From assembly GCA_015062395.1 (NCBI GenBank), contig SUUS01000001.1, positions 65,429 to 129,428 on the forward strand: DNA of 64,000 bases, in the 5' to 3' direction. How positions within the stretch are numbered: the first letter of the stretch is position 1; each line of letters begins with the position of its first letter. This document shows, piece after piece, positions 56,913-64,000 of this stretch. A program made the position numbers and the translations under genes. The DNA comes from Alphaproteobacteria bacterium. Its GTDB lineage: Bacteria; Pseudomonadota; Alphaproteobacteria; CAAHEQ01; UBA3637. The notes below the pieces were generated by a model. That model worked only from the letters and a program-made list of their open reading frames with translations, had not been told where the DNA came from and did not search any database.

Positions 56913-57353
56913 TTACTCACTGACAGCAGTTGAAGAAAAAATAGCTTCTGCAACAATTCTATTGTTGATTCTAATTGTTCCTTCAAACTTATAAGCATTA
57001 CCGATAGAGTGTTTTTTTATAGCCTCAATGTAAAGAGTATCTCCAGGGCGAGCTTGCCCTCTAAATTTTGCACTTTCAATAGTCATAAAAAGAAAAATTA
57101 AATTATGACATTTTCTTTCTTTAAGGTCAAAATACATCAGTATATTCGACAATTGGGACATTGCTTCAACAAAGAAAGTTCCAGGAAAAATGGGGTTATT
57201 TGGGAAATGTCCTTTTAAGAAGAATTCATCTGATGAAATTTCTTTTATGCCCGAAATTTTATCACTGGTATAGTCCAACACAGCGTCAACCATCAACATA
57301 GGATAACGATGCGGAAGAATTGTTTTTATTTTTTCTAAATCTAAACTTGGCAT
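56913..57353 (-). CDS. fabZ: FabZ-like 3-hydroxyacyl-ACP dehydratase
   Basis: LPHRYPMLMVDAVLDY and GHFPNNPIFPGTFFVEAMSQ (catalytic His and Glu context). It is not in the usual lpxD-fabZ-lpxA context. Confidence 0.85.
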   Translation of the reverse strand: MPSLDLEKIKTILPHRYPMLMVDAVLDYTSDKISGIKEISSDEFFLKGHFPNNPIFPGTFFVEAMSQLSNILMYFDLKERKCHNLIFLFMTIESAKFRGQARPGDTLYIEAIKKHSIGNAYKFEGTIRINNRIVAEAIFSSTAVSE

Positions 57354-57386
57354 AAAAACTCCACTGGCTAGTTAGTATGGAAAATT

Positions 57387-57450
57387 TGTGATAAGAACAA
57401 CTTTTTAGACAGGGACAAAAGAATGTGTCTAAAAAGTTGTTCTTATCACA
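57387..57450. repeat. Perfect 25-bp inverted repeat with a 14-nt spacer
   Basis: TGTGATAAGAACAACTTTTTAGACA (57387-57411) and its exact reverse complement TGTCTAAAAAGTTGTTCTTATCACA (57426-57450). It lies 2 nt from the 3' end of tRNA-Pro(CGG) and 33 nt from the fabZ-like ATG. Confidence 0.9.
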
Positions 57451-57452
57451 TT

Positions 57453-57529
57453 TGGTCGGAGTGGCGGGATTTGAACCCACGACCCCTACGTCCCGAACGT
57501 AGTGCTCTACCAAACTGAGCTACACTCCG
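57453..57529 (-). tRNA. tRNA-Pro (anticodon CGG), CCA encoded
   Basis: Reverse complement is CGGAGTGTAGCTCAGTTTGGTAGAGCACTACGTTCGGGACGTAGGGGTCGTGGGTTCAAATCCCGCCACTCCGACCA. Acceptor CGGAGTG/CACTCCG, anticodon stem CTACG/CGTAG with loop TT-CGG-GA. Confidence 0.93.
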
Positions 57530-57653
57530 ATTTTTTATTTATCTTTTTTTGAAGTTATATCAAAAGAACCATAAAACATCAAGTATTTTTTAAAATTTTC
57601 TTGCCTTTTTTGCTATTTTCCAATATCATCAAATTAAAAAGTTGGAGTAAAAT

Positions 57654-58073
57654 ATGACAAAGTACGAAGAAAAAGTAAAACAATTTCACAAAGTAATGAA
57701 CTTACCTGTAAATAGTCAATTTAACGTTGAATTATTACAGTTAAGAAAAAAACTTATTTTAGAAGAAACTCAAGAACTTATTGCAGAGTTGGATTATGCG
57801 ATTAACCAACTTCAGACAAAAGATAAGTCCGTTTTACGCCCTACTTTCGAAAATATGTGTAAAGAAATGGCCGATGTACAATATGCTTTATCAGGACTGG
57901 CTATTTCTTTTGGTTTACCGATAGAAGAAGCTTTTGATGCTACACACAACAGCAATATGTCTAAATTAGGTAATGATGGGAAACCCGTTTACAGAGAAGA
58001 TGGAAAGATTACCAAAGGTCCAAATTATCATAAGCCAGATTTATCAAATCTTATTCAGAAAGTAGAAGAATAA
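57654..58073 (+). CDS. MazG-like nucleotide pyrophosphohydrolase domain protein
   Basis: 139 aa all-alpha protein. LILEETQELIAELD...EMADVQYALSGLAISFGLP has the EExxE/D metal-binding pattern of the MazG/dimeric-dUTPase superfamily. Confidence 0.6.
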   Translation: MTKYEEKVKQFHKVMNLPVNSQFNVELLQLRKKLILEETQELIAELDYAINQLQTKDKSVLRPTFENMCKEMADVQYALSGLAISFGLPIEEAFDATHNSNMSKLGNDGKPVYREDGKITKGPNYHKPDLSNLIQKVEE

Positions 58074-58074
58074 A

Positions 58075-58809
58075 ATGGAAAAATTCATTCAAAATCATCA
58101 CATATACAGCTATGAATGTGACAAAGAAGGAAAATTAAGGTTATTAACATTATTCAATCTTTTGCAACACATGGCCGATTCGCATGCAGATTTATTAAAT
58201 CTTGGATATAAAAATTTTTCCACTCGAAATATAACTTGGGTTGGTTCGCATTATGCACTTCACATAAATAAACGTCCAAAATGGAATGAAAACGTTATTA
58301 TTGAAACATGGCCATCTGGTTTGGGACCTGTTTCTGCGATTCGAGACTTTAGGGTTCTATCCCCCAAAAATGAACCTTTATTTACTGCATCGAGTCAATG
58401 GGTCATAATTGATTTAAGTTCTGGTCGGCCTCAACCGACAAAAAAATATGTTAATAATTTAGAATCGCTTGAAGAAAGAGCTCTTGATACAAAGTTTCCT
58501 ACCATACCAACTGTTCAAAGACAGGATTTTCAGAAAGATTTTTATGTTCGTTACGATGATATAGACATCAATCAACATGTGAATAATGCTATTTATCCTG
58601 TTTGGGCTAGCGAGTCGGTCCCTAATGACTTTAGAGAATCGAACGAAATCGAAGATTTAGAAATTTCATTCAAAAAACCAGCATTTTATGGACAAAAAAT
58701 AAAAGTTTCAACTCAAATTGATGAAAATACATCGCTTCATCAAATTTTTTCAGATGATAAAAGCATTGAATTTGCTCGCATTCGTATAAAATGGCGTAAA
58801 AAAAGTTAA
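58075..58809 (+). CDS. Acyl-ACP thioesterase (FatA/B-type, PF01643-like)
   Basis: YSYECDKEGKLRLLTLFNLLQHMADSHADLLNLG...ITWVGSHYALHINKRPKWNENVIIETWPSG...RDFRV...DIDINQHVNNAIY: the double hot-dog acyl-ACP TE pattern. Confidence 0.8.
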   Translation: MEKFIQNHHIYSYECDKEGKLRLLTLFNLLQHMADSHADLLNLGYKNFSTRNITWVGSHYALHINKRPKWNENVIIETWPSGLGPVSAIRDFRVLSPKNEPLFTASSQWVIIDLSSGRPQPTKKYVNNLESLEERALDTKFPTIPTVQRQDFQKDFYVRYDDIDINQHVNNAIYPVWASESVPNDFRESNEIEDLEISFKKPAFYGQKIKVSTQIDENTSLHQIFSDDKSIEFARIRIKWRKKS

Positions 58810-58899
58810 AAAAATACAAAATACACGTAATAATATATTGCATTATTATATTTTCTATTGTATATATACATTATCTTATATACAAAAGGAGTAAAAAAA

Positions 58900-59082
58900 A
58901 TGTATGATGCAGTAGATAATTTTATAATGTGTGAAACAAATAAAGTCGATAAAATCACAGTAGCAATTTTAGCTAGCGCCCTCATTTATCAAAAGAAAGA
59001 CGCTACGCCAGAAGATGTTGCTGATATTTTTAGCATGGTCTATATGAAGTTAAAGGAACGGAAACTAATTACATTCCCATAA
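58900..59082 (+). CDS. Hypothetical small protein
   Basis: Start moved to the ATG at 58900, which has AAAGGAG 8 nt upstream. 60 aa, no recognisable motif. Confidence 0.3.
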   Translation: MYDAVDNFIMCETNKVDKITVAILASALIYQKKDATPEDVADIFSMVYMKLKERKLITFP

Positions 59083-59167
59083 ACTTTATACCATTTCACA
59101 AAGAGCAGCTCTGTTTATTTTGACAGGGCTGTCTTTTGTGTATCGAATATATTAAATAAAAACGATC

Positions 59168-60940
59168 TTACGCTAATGCTATATCATGAATAATCATTTG
59201 GACCTTTTTTTGAGTATTCCAAGTATCTATACGCAACTGACCTGCAATATGATAATACTGTCCGACACGATTTTCTAAAAGAGTTTGACCTATTTGTGTT
59301 TTTTCTGCCCTAAAGCATACAGCGTCTAAATATCCACCACTTTTACCTGTAAACTTACAAACAACATGTCCGTTTTTGGTTAAAATAGTTCTGGATAATA
59401 AAACATCATGAACAGCAAAAACAGGTTCTTCATTTCCTTCCCCATATGGTTCAAGCAAACTGATTTTATCCAATAAATCTAAATTAACTGCATGAATATC
59501 TAATACACCATCGATTATTAGCTCTTTAGGTTTATCTACCTCAAGATTGCATTGAGTATTAATATATTCTTTTAAAAAGGCTCTAAAATCGTTAATCCTA
59601 TTGGTATCTAATGAAAAACCAGCAGCCATAGGATGTCCCCCTCCTCGAGATAAAATCCCTTTTTGCATTGCTGTAATAACCAATGTACCTAAATCAACTC
59701 CAGGAACAGAACGACTAGATCCTTTAGCATCAGAACCTTCGACACTTAAAACAAAGGAAGGTAAATTAAATCGTTCTTTTAATCGACCAGCAACAATTCC
59801 AACTACTCCTTGATGCCAATTTTCCCCTTGTACCAAAATAAAAGGATGACCTGCTTGAATATCATCCATAGCCTGTTTAGTTGCCTGTTCTAAAACATCG
59901 CTTTCAATAGAACGTCTTAATAAATTTAATTCTTCCAATTCATTTGCAATCATGGCCGCTTCGACTTCATCAAATGTAGAAAGAAGACGCATCCCTAAAT
60001 CAGACTTACCAACGCGCCCACCAGCATTAATTCTTGGCCCTAAAATATAGCCCAAATGATAAGAAGTTATTTGTTCATGAATTTTCGAAATATGAGATAA
60101 AGCCTTAATCCCCACATTTTTATTGGCTAAAATTTGCTTTAATCCACTTTTTACCAGCAAACGATTAACACCTTTTAATGGAACAACATCGCAAACCGTA
60201 CCAAAAGCAACCAAATCCAACCATTGACGTAAATCGGGTTCTGGTATCTTATCGTCATAAAAACCACGTTGACGTAAAATTTTATTAATCGCAACAACAA
60301 CCAAAAAAACGACTCCAACGGCAGCCATAGAATGACAAGGATGTTTAATATCTTCATCCAACCTTTTAGGATTTACCACAGAATAAGCATTAGGAAGCAT
60401 CCTTTCTGGTTCATGATGATCAATAATAACGATATCCAAACCTAACTTTGTACCAAAATCAATAGGCTCAAAAGCCGTCATACCACAATCGACTGTTGCG
60501 ACTAAACGAATTCCTTCGTCATAAAATTCTTGCATTTTTTGTGCATTTGGACCATAACCATCATCTCTGTCAGGAATGAATGTTTTCGTTTTTGTCCCTG
60601 TACTTTGCAAAAAAAGCTTTAATAAAGCGCTGGACGTTGCACCATCGACATCATAATCCCCCATGATACCGATTGTTTCGCCTCGTTCAACAGAATCAGC
60701 AATTCGTTCGGCTGTTTTTGTGACATCCTTTAGTGTTTCTGGATTGGGTAAATTTTTACGTAAAGTTGGATATAAAAAGTTTTCTAAAACATCTACATCA
60801 AGATTTTTTACCACTAAAATACGTGCTAAAATTTCTGGAATATCGAATTTTTGAATAATGTGCGCAATTAATTTTTCATCTGCAAAATGCTGAACCCACT
60901 TTTTTTTCGATAAAGACTCTTCTACACCTAATACTAACAT
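59168..60940 (-). CDS. recJ: Single-stranded-DNA-specific exonuclease RecJ
   Basis: DHH motifs IGIMGDYDVDGATS, VIIDHHEP and GGGHPMAAG. Confidence 0.92.
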   Translation of the reverse strand: MLVLGVEESLSKKKWVQHFADEKLIAHIIQKFDIPEILARILVVKNLDVDVLENFLYPTLRKNLPNPETLKDVTKTAERIADSVERGETIGIMGDYDVDGATSSALLKLFLQSTGTKTKTFIPDRDDGYGPNAQKMQEFYDEGIRLVATVDCGMTAFEPIDFGTKLGLDIVIIDHHEPERMLPNAYSVVNPKRLDEDIKHPCHSMAAVGVVFLVVVAINKILRQRGFYDDKIPEPDLRQWLDLVAFGTVCDVVPLKGVNRLLVKSGLKQILANKNVGIKALSHISKIHEQITSYHLGYILGPRINAGGRVGKSDLGMRLLSTFDEVEAAMIANELEELNLLRRSIESDVLEQATKQAMDDIQAGHPFILVQGENWHQGVVGIVAGRLKERFNLPSFVLSVEGSDAKGSSRSVPGVDLGTLVITAMQKGILSRGGGHPMAAGFSLDTNRINDFRAFLKEYINTQCNLEVDKPKELIIDGVLDIHAVNLDLLDKISLLEPYGEGNEEPVFAVHDVLLSRTILTKNGHVVCKFTGKSGGYLDAVCFRAEKTQIGQTLLENRVGQYYHIAGQLRIDTWNTQKKVQMIIHDIALA

Positions 60941-61006
60941 TTTTTACTTCCTTTTGTACTGACATTTATATATTAAACGAAAAAAGGATTAAAATGCAAG
61001 CTTTTT

Positions 61007-61831
61007 TTAATCTTTTATCTTTTGAGTTTCGTTTGCTTGAGTGCATAAGGATTTGTATCTTCCAACAATGAACATCGAATGAGATGTAATAATCCTTGGC
61101 AAAGTAATCATTTTATCCATACATTCTGTAAAAGTACTTTCCATTTGAGATAGCATAAAAGAATGATATGTTTCTCTATCCTCTTTAACACTTAAAGCTT
61201 CTAAACTATCTAAATAATCAGATCTTTGGTGTGGATGAATCACAACAGGAAAATAAGCATGCTTTAATAAATGAAAATTCATTAACAAACGCCCTGTTCT
61301 GCCATTTCCATCTGCAAAAGGATGAATAGAAACAAACTGATGATGCATATTAAATGCCTGTAAAACTATTTCAGAAGATGTTTTTTCATAATCACGAACT
61401 AACCGTTCCATTAAACCTGGTACTTTTGTAGCCGAAGGTAAAATTGTCGAAGAATTTAATAGTCTTACCCTATCTCTTCGGTAAAAACCAGCTTCATAAT
61501 CATTAATTTTTTTTAAAACTTCTCTGTGTAATGAAAAAATCAACATTTCAGAAAGAGGGATATTCATCGCGACAGCTTCAACCATTAAATTAAATGCATC
61601 AAAATGATTGCTGTCTTCCAACTCATAAACTCGCTGTATATCTTCATCTTTGACACCCATTTGCTTTGCCATCCGAGTAATTGTTTGGCAACGCTCCAAA
61701 GCTGAAGAAGTTGATACCATTTGTTTTTGCAGCCAATTAAAGTAAGTATTTCTATCTTTCAAACTTTCATATAAAACTTTATATTCTTCTTTATTTTCTT
61801 TTATACGCGCAATTCGTTCTTCTTTAGTCAT
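61007..61831 (-). CDS. fic: Fic-domain protein (AMPylase family)
   Basis: The canonical HPFADGNGRTGR motif (HxFx[D/E]GNGRxxR). Confidence 0.85.
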   Translation of the reverse strand: MTKEERIARIKENKEEYKVLYESLKDRNTYFNWLQKQMVSTSSALERCQTITRMAKQMGVKDEDIQRVYELEDSNHFDAFNLMVEAVAMNIPLSEMLIFSLHREVLKKINDYEAGFYRRDRVRLLNSSTILPSATKVPGLMERLVRDYEKTSSEIVLQAFNMHHQFVSIHPFADGNGRTGRLLMNFHLLKHAYFPVVIHPHQRSDYLDSLEALSVKEDRETYHSFMLSQMESTFTECMDKMITLPRIITSHSMFIVGRYKSLCTQANETQKIKD

Positions 61832-61948
61832 ATCTTTACCTATCTTATGTAAATTTCATAGCACAAAATATCGCATTTGTGAAGACTTTTGATAAAAAAA
61901 ATCTCCAGTTTTTTACAACTGGAGATTTAATTTTCATTTACTGTATAG

Positions 61949-62485
61949 TTATTCTTTTACATCTGCAGCAACCTGCATTTTTACAATGATATCTGGATTG
62001 TTCATCAAACCACTTTGAGGATGTCCTTTTTTAATCATATCAACATATTCCATACCACTGACAACTTTTCCCCAAGCTGTATATTGTCTGTCCAAAAAAC
62101 GAGCATCATCAAAGCAAATAAAGAATTGACTATCTGCAGAATCTGGGTCACTTGCACGAGCCATAGAAACCGTTCCACGAACGTGTGGCACATTATTAAA
62201 TTCAGCATTTAATTTCTTACCACTTCCCCCTGTTCCATTTCCAAGAGGATCTCCTGTTTGAGCCATAAAACCATCAATAACACGATGGAACTTCAGTCCA
62301 TTATAGAAACCTTGACGTGTCAACTCTTTAATTCTAGCAACATGATTTGGCGCTTCATTTGGTAATAATTCAATTACGACACGACCATAATCTAAATCTA
62401 AATATAAAGTATTTTCTTTATCCATAGCTTTTACTCCACTTGCAATTAAACATAAACCTAAAATTAAACTAACTATTTTCTTCAT
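61949..62485 (-). CDS. ppiA: Periplasmic cyclophilin-type peptidyl-prolyl cis-trans isomerase
   Basis: Signal peptide MKKIVSLILGLCLIASGVKA. FHRVIDGFMAQTGDP...SQFFI. Confidence 0.9.
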   Translation of the reverse strand: MKKIVSLILGLCLIASGVKAMDKENTLYLDLDYGRVVIELLPNEAPNHVARIKELTRQGFYNGLKFHRVIDGFMAQTGDPLGNGTGGSGKKLNAEFNNVPHVRGTVSMARASDPDSADSQFFICFDDARFLDRQYTAWGKVVSGMEYVDMIKKGHPQSGLMNNPDIIVKMQVAADVKE

Positions 62486-64000
62486 TTATTTCCTCCCCTC
62501 GAGATAAATCTTGTTGTACATTATCACTTTCATTTTGCTGTTCAACAGACGCATCCGTTTCATCAGTAGCATAATCTTTTACAACCGAAACAGAAACAAC
62601 TTTTTCATTGTTTCCTAAACGGAACAAAATCACACCTTTAGAATTTCGACTGACGATTCTGATATCCGAAGCACGCATTCTGATTAATTTACCAGCATCC
62701 GTCACCAACATTACATGTTCATCTTCTGTCACAGGCATTGATGCAACCACTTCAGCTGGAGCTTTTGTAATATCGATATTTGTCACACCTTGAGCCCCTC
62801 TGGATGTAATACGATAAAGATATGCAGAAGAACGCTTACCCAATCCTGCAGAAGTCACAGTCAAAATAAACTGTTCTTCTTTTTGCATTTTTTCAAATTC
62901 TTCGTCAGACAAAACAACATCTGTTGAAGTTTCTGATACTTCATCATCTAATGTTTCTTCTATATCGTCAACACTTCCAGCTGCTACACGTCTAGCATTT
63001 GCCATCTTCAAATAAACATCACGCTTTTCGACTTCTGTTTCAACATGTTCCAAAACGCTCATAGATATAACTCGGTCATTATTTAACAACCTGATACCAC
63101 GAACGCCAGTAGAAGCTCTAGATTCGAAAATACGAACGGCAGTCACTGGACAACGAACACAACGACCACCAGCTGTTGCAATTAAAATATCTTGATTTTC
63201 TTTGCATATACGAACATCGACCAGTTTATCGCCCTCATCCAACTTCATAGCAATTTTACCATTGCTATTTACTCGATAAAAGTCATCCAAACGATTACGA
63301 CGGATACTACCAGACATTGTAGCAAAAACAACAGACAAACCTTCGCATTCTTCTTGTTTTTCAGGCAAAGTCATCACTGTTGATATTGTTTCACCTTGTT
63401 CCAAAGGCAATAAGTTAATCAACGCTTTGCCCAAACTGTTTGGTCCACCTTCAGGTAAACGATAAACCTTTACCTTGTAAACCATCCCCTTTGAAGAGAA
63501 GAATAAAACAGGATCATGAGTAGATGCTACAAATAATTTACAAACAGCATCTTCTTCACGAGTTGTCATACTGTTCCGTCCTTTTCCTCCTCGATGTTGC
63601 GCTTGGTAAGTATTTAAAGGAACTCTTTTAATGTATCCTGTATTTGTGACTGTCACTACCATTTCTTCACGAGGAATCAAGTCTTCCAAATCTTGTTCAA
63701 ACTCACTATCTTCGATAGTTGTTTTTCTTGGAGTTGCAAAATCACCTTTAACTTGTAAAAACTCTTCGCGCATAATTTCATACAGTTTTTCACGAGAAGA
63801 CAAAATAAACAATAACGCTTTTATCTGTTCGCTTAAATCACCAACTTCGCCATGAATTTTATCGCGTTCCAAGCCTGTTAAACGGTGCAATTTTAAATCC
63901 AAAATCCCTTTAGCTTGAGCTTCGGACAACATATAGCAACCATCCACAATTTTTCGGTCTGGTTCATCGATTAAATCTATTAAAGCTGTCACATCAGCAG
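62469..64000 (-). CDS. gyrA: DNA gyrase subunit A, C-terminal portion (5' end outside the window)
   Basis: The coiled-coil/tower end (ILDLKLHRLTGLERDKI) is followed by GyrA C-terminal beta-pinwheel repeats and an acidic tail. The frame stays open to the window edge. Confidence 0.93.
   Translation of the reverse strand, partial: ADVTALIDLIDEPDRKIVDGCYMLSEAQAKGILDLKLHRLTGLERDKIHGEVGDLSEQIKALLFILSSREKLYEIMREEFLQVKGDFATPRKTTIEDSEFEQDLEDLIPREEMVVTVTNTGYIKRVPLNTYQAQHRGGKGRNSMTTREEDAVCKLFVASTHDPVLFFSSKGMVYKVKVYRLPEGGPNSLGKALINLLPLEQGETISTVMTLPEKQEECEGLSVVFATMSGSIRRNRLDDFYRVNSNGKIAMKLDEGDKLVDVRICKENQDILIATAGGRCVRCPVTAVRIFESRASTGVRGIRLLNNDRVISMSVLEHVETEVEKRDVYLKMANARRVAAGSVDDIEETLDDEVSETSTDVVLSDEEFEKMQKEEQFILTVTSAGLGKRSSAYLYRITSRGAQGVTNIDITKAPAEVVASMPVTEDEHVMLVTDAGKLIRMRASDIRIVSRNSKGVILFRLGNNEKVVSVSVVKDYATDETDASVEQQNESDNVQQDLSRGEEINEENS

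Noticed and set aside
1-64000. Scan for CRISPR arrays, rRNA genes, IS elements, prophage genes and toxin-antitoxin pairs
   Set aside because: I saw no repeat-spacer periodicity, rRNA-like conserved blocks, transposase or integrase motifs, or phage structural genes on either strand. This absence is by eye only and needs software confirmation.

Overview
This is a 64-kb chromosomal window from a low-GC Gram-negative bacterium, about one-third GC by eye. All calls rest on motif recognition in the supplied ORF translations and on reading the DNA by hand. No database search or computation was possible.

Gene content suggests a host-associated alphaproteobacterium: tsaE, an AmgK-like kinase, addB and addA in that order, plus TspO, PPDK, hldD, an msbA-like gene and an autotransporter. 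That taxonomy is inference only.

About three quarters of the window is ordinary, densely packed housekeeping. It includes a MoxR/DUF58 module, mscL, valS, addAB, comF, ruvX, rpiB-glyA-nrdR-nusB, ppdK, pfk, topA, dprA, plsY, proS, hldD, recJ, a cyclophilin and partial gyrA.

The stand-out is a roughly 15-kb accessory locus at about 42.4-57.5 kb, bracketed by two convergent tRNA-Pro genes (UGG and CGG).
- It holds a 2471-aa hybrid NRPS-PKS with domain order A-T-KS-AT-KR-ACP-C. By hand alignment its loading A domain carries a proline-like specificity code.
- Upstream, translationally coupled genes encode a discrete ACP, a KASIII, an MDR-fold reductase and a nicotianamine-synthase-like enzyme. 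A FabZ-like dehydratase sits further upstream.
- Converging on the synthase is an operon with a consensus sigma-70 promoter. It encodes a second ProRS of archaeal/eukaryote type, an Sfp-type PPTase and a RimK-type ATP-grasp ligase.
- A complete bacterial-type ProRS with an INS editing domain lies only 6.8 kb away.

My leading hypothesis (inference) is an undescribed proline-derived hybrid natural-product pathway whose product targets ProRS, with the second ProRS as the self-resistance or bypass enzyme.

Other notable items:
- A decayed autotransporter with a nonsense codon and a frameshift.
- A truncated HU gene beside tRNA-Pro(UGG).
- A perfect 25-bp inverted repeat beside tRNA-Pro(CGG).
- An MscL with a C-terminal zinc ribbon.
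- A possible leader or small RNA upstream of a glycosyltransferase.

I saw no CRISPR array, rRNA, IS element or integrase.
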